The notes beneath the pieces were generated by a model that did not search any database, was not told the DNA's origin, and was given only the letters and a program-made list of their open reading frames with translations. The translations under genes were made by a program, and so were the position numbers. DNA of 64,000 bases, from the NCBI RefSeq assembly GCF_006345805.1, contig NC_042998.1:36456001-36520000 (forward strand). The letters run 5' to 3'. This DNA comes from Octopus sinensis (Eukaryota). This document shows positions 51,364 to 63,359 of this stretch, piece by piece (the first letter of the stretch is position 1; each line of letters begins with the position of its first letter).

Positions 51364-51598
51364 GAAAATTATAACTGCCACTTGCGGCTGTTTACGGTCG
51401 CTGTCAGTATGTATGTATACAATAATTATATGCATTGACTGCAGCATCAGAGCGCTTTGGCTCTTATTTCTAGCATTGTAAACATTTTATATGTCCTAAC
51501 ACCCTCCGTCATATTTAATGACAATTATAGTTTTCCTTTTTGGTGTTACATTGCTAAAGAGCTGCCTAAGTGTATATATATATATATATATATATATA

Positions 51599-52493
51599 TT
51601 CAGTCTGCGATGGATGAATTGTCGGCATTATATATCTTTTATTTCACGCATGCGCATTGTTGGTTTTTCTATTATGTCGATTACACAATATAGCAGGGTC
51701 AAGTGGGCATCGTCTGTGAGAAAAAAACAGCACCATGTCATAATTTACTCTGCCAGAAATTTGGAAGCGACATGCTGTGCTGCTTGGCATTCGCACTCGA
51801 TGCTCCAATACGAAGATTTCAGAGTGTTTTGATGTCAATCTGAGGACAATGCAATCTGAGGACACGCACCGAGATTGATAAAAATCAAATCTCCAATCAG
51901 CATCATGGTGTTTGGATTGTTCTCTAGTAATAGCAAAGTTATACCTCCATTCATCTTCTCACACGGCCACAGACCCAACACGGGGACCTACATGAAGTGC
52001 CTGGGGGAGGTAGTGCTGAACTGGGTCAATAGAATGGCTGCTGGAAGACCCTATGTCAGGAAACAGGACTCTGCACAATGCCACACAAGCAGGAGAATCC
52101 AGTCATGGCTGTCAGACAATTTCTCCGCCCACACCACCCTTAACATCTGACCACTTAATTCCCCAGCCTGCAACCCCCTTGATTTTTATGCGTTAGTCGC
52201 AGTTGAGCGAGAGACCAACAAAACTCCTTGTAATACAAAAGATGAACTGAAGGCAACAAGTATGGCAGCACTCACCAATTTAAACAAGGCGACCATCTAG
52301 AAAATTTGCGGGAGATTTCGAAGTCGTCTGGAGGCCGTAGTTCAAACTAATGGCGATTTTATTGAATAAATTTACTCTTTAGTTATTTGAATATATCTTT
52401 ATGTAATATTGGTAAACATATCTGTTAAAATGAGATGTCAGCATTATTTTCATTTTTGCATAAATTAGACGGCTATATTTACTGCACCGTGTA
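51599..52493 (+). mobile_element. Internally deleted Tc1/mariner-superfamily transposon, DD37D (maT-like) transposase remnant at about 51865-52369
   Basis: IMVFGLFSS, PPFIF, YVRKQDSAQCHTSR, I*PLNSPACNPLDFY (37 residues between the second and third D) and RFRSRLEAVVQTNGDFIE*. Decayed TIR-like ends. Confidence 0.85.
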
Positions 52494-52539
52494 TCTCTCT
52501 CTCCCCCTCTCTCTCTCTACATATATACATACACACACA

Positions 52540-52613
<74 letters not shown>

Positions 52614-55034
52614 GCGCGCGCGTGTGTGTTCAACATGGTTTTGTACATTCATTCATCGTTTATGTAATTCAATGTTAGAACTTCTGTAGTCCTGCGGCAA
52701 CACCCTGAACAGCTTATGTATGTGTGCATAAGCATATACACACATACACACATACATACATACATACATACATAATACATACATACATACATACATACAT
52801 ACATACATACATACATACATACATACATACATACATAAGTAATAAAAAATTATTAATGAGCTTAAGAATCGGCTTCGGTGACAGATTAGTGGAATGGACC
52901 GGTGACATCATACATAAACGTATGAATACAGTTGCTACACCAAAGAGCTTTATCAAAACAAATAGTTTGACGTCTGATACCGAGACATGTAGAAAAGTAG
53001 AAAGTCTGCTAAATAGATGTAAAGTAGCAACATAGAAAATGATAGGTAAATGTTTATAATCCAATAGTGAGTATAAACATTGATAGAGGAATACACATTT
53101 ATTCACAGAGACAGTTATAAATATTTATGCACACACATGCACACACACGCACGAAGACACGCACTCGCACACAGTCATATTTGTAATAGATCATAGCCAC
53201 GGATTTTTAAAGAGTCATGATTTCAGAGATACTTTTCTGCGATTTCTCTGCATCTGTTGTGCAAGTTGGAAGGTGTTTGTTGCAATGTGTGTTGCAGATA
53301 CACACATATATATATACACCCATACACACAAATACGTATAAAAGTGTATAAATGTCTATACACTTATTTATATATTTTGCTGCTCTTTTTTTTCTTTTTA
53401 TATCATTGATTTCACAATTTCAGACGAAGTTTCTCCACTGAAAATACAAACACTTTTCATGTTTGAGTACAACAATTTATTAAATAAACAAATGAATTGA
53501 ATCTCTATCAAAATAGATAATTCCCAACTTTTATGACTCTTATTCAACTTCTCTTAAATTAACAATTTATCTTCTTCAGGTTAGAATTTAAAATTAGCTT
53601 TCTTTCTCAAATTCTATTTACGATAACTGCTTTTCGGTAGGTGTACATATTATTGAAAATTTTGTAAGTACATTTTTTTGTATTTTATTCTTTTTATTTT
53701 TATTTTCTAAAAAAAAACAGTATTGTTAAAAAGTTTTATTGTTGAAATTCTGTTTAGTTTTTCTGTATAAGCTAACCTCAGCCAACAACTTTTAACGAGT
53801 ATACATCAGCACTTCTTTATATACAGAATCGAATTTTTATGCATAAAATGGCGACATGATATTTGAGGTAGATATGTTGCTGTCTGTCTATATAATGCAA
53901 GAGAATATGCAGCGATTGGCTTAGAAAACGCTTCTTTTCACAATAGAAACAAGAAATTAGGTATGAATTAATAATGATATAGATTTTTTTTAAATTACCA
54001 ATATAAATAACTACTTAGGTAGTAAATATTTCACGTGATGTCACACAGACACACATACAGACACGGGCACACACACACACACACATACATACACTCACAG
54101 ACAGGCACACACAGAGACGCATACATATAACCGTGGGATAGTTAAAGTGAAATAGAAGCAGAGGCGTTGACAGCTGTATCGATTGGTGTGTGGATTGATG
54201 GTTCCAATTATGTAGCATAGCGACATGTGTGTGATTGCGCCAACCAATGTGTGTGGAATTATATTCAGACGTGGATAACCAACCAAAAAAAAAAAGTCTA
54301 CAAAAACAAATAACAACAGTAGATATGTAAATAGAAGAGATAGGTCAATAATCTGCATAGATTACTTGGTTTATATAACTGGGAAGACGTAAAGCCGTCG
54401 TTCTAATATTAATAGAAGTAAAGCCAGTATTTCTGACGGAAATCTTCTGCGCATCCACGAACGCAGTCACAAATATCAAACAGAGCAGGTTTGCATTGAC
54501 TGGTCAAAAAGAGTTTAGAAGGATGCCACCAGTGAAGAATATACTGAAATCTACTACAAAAATAACAATAAATATCAACCAGATTGTAAAAAAAAACTTC
54601 CAGAGTAAACCAAATGTCAAGATGGATTTTCACTTTTGGTTGATGCAGATTTGGGTTAAGGAGGAATTCAAAAACATGAACATTTCAAAAGCCTTGCATT
54701 CCATCTGTGATTTATAGTACGAAAAGCTAGGACCATTAGTGCGAATATTAGTAATGAAATACGATGTTAATAGTAAGGTTTGAGGTATTAAGATAGCAAA
54801 ATAATATTTCATGTTTAAAAAAAAAACCTGATATATCTTTGTAATCAGCGATATTTACAAAACAGGTTTTCATAGATATGTTTCTTTATTAGCCACACAG
54901 GGCTGCACACAGATAGAACAAATACAAGGTAGAGCTTTTCTTTTGAAGGTTTAAAAAAAAAAAAAAAAAAAAGAAAGGGGAGTTTCGATCAAAAGGGATC
55001 GTAAAAGGAGAGAAAGAGGACAAAAAAAGGGGGG

Positions 55035-55072
<38 letters not shown>

Positions 55073-55279
55073 GAGAGGAAAAAAAAAATGATCAATAGGG
55101 ATCGTTATCACAGAAATGTCAATATGAAGTGTAAAGGGGAGGACAGGTGAGGTTTACCCGTGGAAAGAAAAGCCTACGGAAAAGACCACGGTAACCTCGG
55201 TCAATGAAGTCACATTTTATATTTCTTTTTTTTTTTTTTTTTTTGCAAATAAGCAACTCTCTGTTTTCGATTTCTGGGT

Positions 55280-58200
55280 TCATAGGACTATGCTCAAGGT
55301 GGCTTCGTCATTCATACGTGCCATTCTTGCTACATTCACCCATCTTTTTTTAAAACATTCGCTAGACAAAACTTGCCTCTCTACTCTCACTTTCCTTTTC
55401 AAGTGGTACTTGAAGAAGTTGATGAGAGATTGACCAGAGAGGAAAGTGTTTGTCTCCAATCCTTTCAGACGCGTCCACCAGATACATTCTTTCGCCATAG
55501 CCACAAGGATGATGAAAATAGCTCTTCCTTCCCGTTTGAAGGAAGGAGGCGTGACAATATTGACGATAGACTCAGCTGATAAACCGACTCGTCCCACACG
55601 TGACAGCAGTTGTTCGACATAAGCCCACAGGTCGGAAATTGTTGGACACTGAACGAGTGCGTGCAGAACGGTTTCGTCGCTCTGACCGCATCTCGGGCAG
55701 GTCGGCCCCGTGTTTCTCGAGCCGTGTCTGTAGAGCTTATCCCGAACGGGTAGCGCTTCTCGGTAGCACTGCCAGGCCAGGGATCTCTGGAAGTTGTCCA
55801 TGGGCCCTGGCCCGAAAGTCGTCCCGAACAGGCGGGTCAGGTACTCCTCGTCGACGTCCAGGTTCGCCCCGAGCTCGTCGTCGTACCTCCCCTCCACTAA
55901 ACCCCTATAGAATGCTTTGGTTGTGTTGAAGTCACTTAAGGTCGACCCAGGACGGCAGAGTTGCTTGAGAGCAACGCGACACTCGCGGTGCCATTCGCCC
56001 TTCCTCGGCCTCTTTTTGATCCACGACTGCAGTTCGGTCATGGAGACGAGCTGCGGGAAAGCGTGCCTCACAAACGGCGACCACACCTGTTCACCGTCGT
56101 CTACATAGAGCCAGAGATGTCGCAGTCTCAGCGCGTGTCTGCGCATCATCAACCACGGCATGCCCAGCCCTCCTTTTAACGGGTGTTGACAGCAAATGGA
56201 TCGCCTGACCATCGGGACGCATCCTTTCCACAAGAAGCGAAAGAGGATGCGTTGTAGTTTGGTGATGGTAGGGTCGGGACAAGGTACGACGGTCAGGCGG
56301 TAGTAGATGACGGACGCGATGTACGTGTTCGCCACCTCCGCTCGACCTTTTAGGGACAGTTTCCTCTCGGCCCATTGCCGGGCGAGAGTGACCACCCTAC
56401 TCGTTATCTCGTTCCAGTTCTTCTCCACTTGGAGGTCCGGACCAAACCAGACCCCGAGCAACTCAACCGGGCCGTCGGTCCAGCGTCCCACGACGGAGGC
56501 GCTGGTGGACGGCATGGGCTTGCTTCTCCAGGTGCCTAGTCGCAAGCCCACTGACTTTTCCCGGTTGATTTTCGCTCCTGTCACCGCTTCGTAGTTTTTC
56601 AGTGTCTCGCCGACCAGCTCGATGTGCTCGTGGCTAGACACTATGACGGTGACGTCGTCCGCGTATGCAGACACGCTCGTCCCGCATCCCAATTCTCGCG
56701 GGATGCCCCTTAGAGTCGCCAGCTTCCGCAGTAGTGGCTCAAGAGTCAATACGTATAGAAGCGCCGAGAGGGGGCATCCCTGACGGACCGAACGTGCAAT
56801 GTCGAAAGGTCTCGATAGATGTCCATTTACGCGAATTACCGAACGGATGCCTCTGTACAAGGCAGCTATCCAGCCGCGGAAGACGGGACCGAAACCAGCC
56901 GCTCTCAGGACTGCCTCCAAGTATCGATGGTCTACCCTATCAAAGGCTTTTGATTGATCCAAGTTGATCAGGCCCCACCCATGCCAGGTTCGTTAACTAC
57001 CCTGTCTATGATGTAGCGCATCAGATGGAGGTTGTCATGGATGGTCCGGCCTGGCACGGCGCATGTTTGCGCCTTGTCGACCAGTTTCTCGATGACAAGC
57101 GCCAACCTCTTGGCTAGCACCTTGGCCAAAATTTTCAAGTCTGCATTAAGCAGAGTGATGGGCCTAAAGTTATCTATTACATTTCCCTTGTTTAGATCTT
57201 TCTTCAGCAGTGTTACGGCTCCTCGGCTCACAAAACCAGGAATGCTCCCGTTTTGCTGCCAGTTGCAGTACACCGCCGCCAAGAGATCTCCAAACAAGTC
57301 TGGCATACAATTGTAAAGCTCGTAGGGTAGACCATCCAAACCCGGTGATTTGTCCCTCGAGCATTCTGCCATCGCTTCCCGCACTTCCGCCGCCGTGATG
57401 GCACCTTCGCAGCACCCTGCCTTTCTTGTCGAGAGTCGTGGTAGGCTATGTAGGTAGGCACTGAAGTCCACCCTACGTTCTTGCCCTCCACTCGTTCCGA
57501 ACAGTCGGGCAAAATGCTGCTGAAAGGCCTCACACATTTTACTTGGCTCGAGCAATTCGCGCCCCTGTTCATCTACCAGTGACCGAATGGTGGCTTTGTT
57601 GCCCTGTTGCGCCTCTGCCACCCGGGCCTCTCTCGCGGCTCCAACACCTTCGTTCCTTAGAGCACGCATCCTAGCTCTGACAGCACATCCTTCGTGTTTG
57701 GCGTTGAAGTGTTGGTCGAGGGCCAACCTCGCCGCCAAAACGTCGGATGCGATGCCGCTTCTAATTGCCTCTTCTAGCTTCTTAACTAGCTCACCCTCTA
57801 CTCTATTTCTATCTATGGCTAGTGCTTTGCTGTACCTAATCGCTTCTGCTTTTACTGCTCTCTTGAGGGCAAACCACCATTTGTTGTTGATGATGGCTCC
57901 CGTCAAAGCCCTCTTTACTAGTGTGCTAATCCGGTCTCTGAAAACTTGTCTCGATGGGAAAGACGCGTTTAGTTTCCAGTATCCGGGACCCTGCCTAAGT
58001 GTCTTACCTAAGTCTAGCGTACATGTCACAAGTTTGTGATCCGTGTAGCTGACTATGTGGAATTGTGGACATCCTATGCTATCTCTATCTACTGTCCTAC
58101 ACAGTATCCTATCTAGATACGATCTCGACGACCCGATGCGGTTGCTCCATGTCCACGTTGGCGCATTCGGGTGGTCTAGTCGAAACCTGTCAGACAGTTG

Positions 58201-58725
58201 AAAGCGTCTGAGCAGGTCTCTGAGGCATTTGCATCCCCGTCTATTCCTATCTCTACCCACGTAGTCTACATGCGTGTCCAAGGTAGCATTCCAATCCCCC
58301 ACTAAGAGTAAAGGACGAGACGTTCCCAAGAAAACTTCTAGACGTTGAAAGAAATCCGCCCGACCTGTTAAGGGCGGTGCGTAAACTGATACGAGTCGAA
58401 AAGCGCACCCATTGCTGCCGTCGACATCCAGGACGACCAGTCTACCCTCCGGGTCTACGAATATTGTCCTTACATTGAGATCCAGACTCTTGTGAAAAAG
58501 TACCGCGGTGCCACTACCGCCCATTCTCGGCAGACAGGGGGAAAAATAAATGTTGAACTGTCCGCCAAACATGGTCTTTAGGGCCCGCGGATTGTGGAGT
58601 CTGGTCTCGCTTATGGCTATGATTTCTAACTTATGTGACTTTATGTCATTTAAGAGGTACCCTTGTTTCCAAGGGGACCCCAAGCCACGCGCATTTACAC
58701 AACCAATCTTGATAGTTCTAATGAA
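55280..58725 (-). CDS. ORF2 (APE endonuclease, reverse transcriptase, zinc finger) with a single -1 frameshift near 56965
   Basis: IKIGCVNARGL, ISETR, VSVYAP, GDWN, YLDRIL, TDH; NFRPITLLNADLKILAKVLA, LDQSKAFDRVDH, VRQGCPLS, AYADD; CPRCGQSDETVLHALVQC. Confidence 0.9.
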
Positions 58726-58744
58726 TTAGAATACAGAGGGTTAC

Positions 58745-60190
58745 TTACTGCTCGAAAGTTTTTGCTTTCTCCTCCGTTGGTTTGTCCTCGAGAAGATCCC
58801 AGTACAGTTTCTTTGTGAGATATTTTTGGCATTTACCAACCGCACTGGGGAAAATGCCTTTGAGTGTGTGGTGCAGACTTTTGGAGATGTGTATATTTTT
58901 GATGTGGTCTGGTGGTGTTGTGTATGGGTGGTTGTTTGTTTTTATGTCATCTTCTGTTATGTTTGTTTTTGATTGGATGTATTCCATCAAATTTGTGTTT
59001 TTGGTGTCTATGGCTGTGAGCATGTTTGCTGTATATGTTTTTGTGGTGTTGGTGTGGCTGTTGTTTGCGTTGGGTTTTGAAATGTCTTCGGGAGATGTAT
59101 TTCCCCCTGCTTTGTTCGTGTTTGCATTTGGTTTGGTTGTGTTTCTGCTCTTTATTTCCTTCTTTTTGTAGCTATTTGCCATTCCTCACTGTTTTCGTCT
59201 TCCGACGAAATTTCTGAGGAATCAGAAGGGGGTAGGGGTATGTTGTGGGCTTCTATGTATGTCTGTGTAAGTGGTTGTGTTGTTGTTTTCGTTGTTGTTG
59301 GTTGTTGAGTGTTTGTGTGTGTTGAGTGCGGTATAAGGGATGGGGGATCAGTTTGTGTGTGTTTCTTTGTTTTTCTGTTCCTTTGGGTTTTGCTGTTGAT
59401 GGTGGTGTTGGTATTTTTCCAGGTGTCGAGTGGTTTTTGGTTGATGACGGATTAGCTTGGTGTGCTTCTCTTGTCGTCTTCTGTGTTGATGGTGGTGTGG
59501 GTAGTAGAAGCTTTTTTTCCGAGTGCTTTGGTTGTGGTAGTGGTTGTTGTTGTTGCTCTTGGTGTGCAGTGGTTGGGCACGTTTTTTCAAGTGTGTTTCG
59601 CTTCCACACAAATAGCAGCGTGGTCGCCTGCCCTCTACCACTATATAGAGTTTGTAGCCTCCTGGCAGTTCTATAGCGGTGGGTATCTTCTCTCTTGCTG
59701 CTTCATCCAATTGAAGCAGGAATTCGATTGATTTGCCCACATAGTCTTTCTCTCCTAGAACCGCGATTTCCAGGATGTTTGTCTCTGACATTGTCTCTGA
59801 CATTTCAAAGCAGATGGCAGAGACCACCCATTGTGTTTCGACATCAAATGGTATGTTTTTTATTTGGACTTTCGTGACCCTTTGTTTAAATAGACTGGTA
59901 TCATTACCAAGTCGTCCGAATGTAGCTCCAATGTGGAAAAACGTTTTGCTAAACTTTCGTTGAGGAAACGTACTTGGACTGTACCAAATTTGTTTCCCCA
60001 ACTGATATATTCCTTGGAGTCCCATACAGGACGAAGGCATTTATCGATTTTTTCCTGCGGTGCATTTTCTGTTCTTCTTGTTTTTTTGTTTATTACTTTA
60101 TAAATTATTGTTTTTTTTTGCGTGTTTTCCACGATGTGTTGTGGAATATGAAGGTGCAATTTGTCTCCTTCTTTGGAGAAGAGTGCCTTT
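58745..60190 (-). CDS. ORF1 (RRM-like region, CCHC zinc knuckle, low-complexity tail), broken by several small frameshifts
   Basis: Overlapping ORFs join as IPVYLNK-RVTKVQIKNIP, CYLCGSETHLKK-TC and WQIATK-KKEIKSR when one A is restored in A-runs. Confidence 0.75.
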
Positions 60191-62643
60191 GTGCGGTTTA
60201 TCTCTTGTGTGAGAAGTACAAATTAAATGCGAAATGTATTAATAGTAGGAAGAAAGAGCGATGAAATATAGGTAAATCGAAAATTAATTTCTGTTCCAGC
60301 TTATAACATGTCTATGGCATTTGTGACAAAAATTAAAGGCTGGAGCTTATATCTCCCTGCAGGCATGTGTCCCGGTATACATGTGCACCCTTACCCGAAT
60401 ATATCCACATATGCACAATAACATTAGCACGTACGCGTAGAGGCACACGCACACACGCACACACAGACACACCTACATACACACACGCGGGCACACGTAC
60501 ACAAACACACATACATACACATACATGGTAATTCGTTAGCTTTGCATTCATATCGCACTCAAATGAAATTTTTCATTTTCTCATTTCGAAATGGATAAAA
60601 TAATCCCTACGGTCGATATCAATAAAAACAACAACAAAAAATACCTTTGAATGCAGTGGCCAATCAGGGCTGCATTTCCACGATTGAAATCATTTAAATT
60701 ATAAAATAATTTACATATATGCATATTAGATACAGCGGGCAGATTGACAGGATCGCTAGATGCTTGTTGAAAATTTCTTATTTTTATTTCATTTTATCTA
60801 GTTTCAGCTCACGAGCTGTGGCCATGCTGGGGCACCGCCATTAAAAAACTAAGTTGCATCGGCCGGGAAAACATTTGTCTGTTCAAATTCTACCAAGTGC
60901 CCATTATTATCGACCTGAGAAGGATGAGCGGATTTGCCGTTCATCCTCCCCAGGTTGATAATAATAATAATGCACCTGTCCAGGACACTGAATTGCGGAA
61001 TTCGTTGAGCATTGTACAAAATGTTTTGTGATGTTTGCTCCGTTTCTTTAGCTTCTAAATTCCCTGGCAGTTGTCGACAAAATTGTTTATTTGTAAAGCA
61101 AAGAGATATCAAGTTTGCGTTCTATACCAAAATTTTCGAGGGAACAACAGGGCAACAGTACCTTTCTCTCATCCTTCACATCATTCAGAAATAATGTCTT
61201 GCGCTGCATCATCTAACGCTTCTTATAAACGCTAAGGTATTTCGTAACGATGATGCAGTCCAGGAGGACGCTTTGGTTAATATATCATTAAAGATAATAA
61301 CTAAATATCTATTAGGGCCTTACTCTCAAGATTTAGGATAGCTGCAAGCTGTGTTCGATGCCAATATATATATACAGAAAATAATAATTTAGATAAAAAA
61401 AAGCTATACAATATATAATGCTGAAAAGTGCTTTAGTCCGTATATACACCATTTACAAAAGACTAATAGTTTCATACTGCAGAGGTACAATATTTTGGAT
61501 GGAATGCTTTTTCGTTGATACTCTAAGGGAACAAAAACTTATGCATACATAATTTCAAATGAAAATCTTTTAGCTATAACATTTCCCTCAAATATGTCGA
61601 TAGCTGGGCAATCACTATGCTACGTAGCCATCGCTGGAAACTGAAGGAGCCCAACGCGATTACAGAATGAAATGAAAAACATTGGTAATAAGTAACTATT
61701 CACAGACAGACACAAGAAATGCCAACACTGTATAGCCGGACAAAGAAAAAAAACAAAAAAACAGTAAAACCTTCATTTAACAACTGAAATATTTGAGTGG
61801 ACATAGACTTCAATTATAAACACACATTACATATATCTGTTACATGAGGAAAATATATACAAGGATTTTCATGCTTGAAAATCACTTTTAGTTAAAATAT
61901 CACCAATTTTGCATCGCATATGCATACACAGATTTTACACAGACCCGGCAGTACGAAATACACGTCTTTGATAAAATTCAATTTGCACACTGAACGGTGC
62001 ATTATATTTCATAGAATTTTAACATGTTTCCCATTAAAAATCCATTAAAATCTATTACACAAAAATGCGTTCGGTCTAAAGGACGTTGATTAATAAAAAG
62101 CGAGATCTAATACTTTGACTATAATACAAGGATTTAGTCATATTGATTATCCAAATAATGTCAAGTCAATGAAAGCATGTTTTATCTGAGTCTTCATATA
62201 ATGCACGCGCGCACACACACACACACACACGGACCCATGTATGTATATGAATGCATGTGTATATATCTATGCATGTGTGTGTATTTTTGTGTATATTTGT
62301 GTGTGTGTGTTTGCGTGTGTGCGTGTGTGCATGAGTAACTCAAAACAATGCTATTTAAAAAAAAACAAACAACATTTTTCCAACTTCTAATAAAGTTTTG
62401 GTCAGAAGATTGTTTTCAAAGAGAAGAAGAGGTAAGATTATCATAAACAAAACGTATAAAAGAAATTGAAATATATGAACGAACGTCTGCTCGTGTTCAA
62501 GTCTGGAAGCGGAGTGCGACATTTTAAAAATAATGGAAAAAAAAAGACAATAACTACATCAAAAACTCAAGTAATTCTTGTTTATATCTTCTGATAAAAT
62601 CGAATGTTTTCGTCACGGAGATAGGAGAAGCGAGCCGTTAATT

Positions 62644-62821
62644 TCACCAATGTCTGATTGGTGCTAAATTCATGAATGCTGCTGCTACGGCTGCTGCTGC
62701 TTCTATTGGTTCTGTTATTTTTGAACTGTCTGACTCAGCTTCTGGCAAAAGCCGTCTCGATGTACGGCGCTTTACGCTGTTGTGTTTGTTCCACTTAAAC
62801 TGTTGTCTTTGAAAATGACAG
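62644..62821 (-). CDS. Candidate terminal coding exon of an unidentified host gene
   Basis: Polypyrimidine acceptor TTTTCTGTATTTTTTTCTGAAG, then open frame CHFQRQQFKWNKHNSVKRRTSRRLLPEAESDSSKITEPIEAAAAVAAAFMNLAPIRHW*. Non-repetitive and more GC-rich than its surroundings. Confidence 0.4.
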
Positions 62822-62879
62822 CTTCAGAAAAAAATACAGAAAATCAACTTTAATACTATTGTGTTATTAAACGCTTAAT

Positions 62880-63072
62880 GTTGACTTACAAAATTATCTA
62901 CATTCATACATGTGTGCGCATACACACAAACACACACATAAATATATACATATATATATATATGTATATATGTACGAATGTATGTACATATATATATATG
63001 TATATATGTACGAATGTATGTACATATATATATACATACATACATATATATATATGTATATATATTATACAT

Positions 63073-63103
<31 letters not shown>

Positions 63104-63141
63104 ACATATATATATGTATATATATATTATACATATATTAT

Positions 63142-63174
<33 letters not shown>

Positions 63175-63313
63175 ACATATATATATATGTATATATATAT
63201 TATACATATATATATACATACATACATATATATTATATATATATATATATAACATATATATATATGTATATATATTATACATATATTATATACATACATA
63301 CATACATACATAT

Positions 63314-63347
<34 letters not shown>

Positions 63348-63359
63348 ACATATATATAA
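62880..63359. repeat. (TA)n/(TACA)n compound microsatellite
   Basis: Direct reading. Confidence 0.95.

Larger units (their letters stand above)
54878..60265 (-). mobile_element. Near-full-length L1-clade (Tx1-like) non-LTR retrotransposon
   Basis: ORF1 with CCHC knuckle, ORF2 with APE endonuclease, RT and C-terminal zinc finger, T-rich 3' UTR ending AATAAAGAAA. The 5' boundary is uncertain and no TSD was found. Confidence 0.93.

Noticed and set aside
54300-54812. Overlapping 60-75-aa ORFs on both strands
   Set aside because: No motifs recognised and frames interrupted by stops; not supportable.
55373-57572. Several plus-strand 60-110-aa ORFs over the LINE
   Set aside because: Shadow ORFs antisense to GC-rich ORF2.
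60200-60420. Target-site duplication for the Tx1-type LINE
   Set aside because: No convincing match to the 3' flank (CATATCTATGAAAACC) found near the presumed 5' end, so none is claimed.
61200-61262. 10-bp inverted repeat CTGCATCATC/GATGATGCAG as a possible snoRNA or hairpin RNA
   Set aside because: No properly placed C/D boxes; too short to exclude chance.
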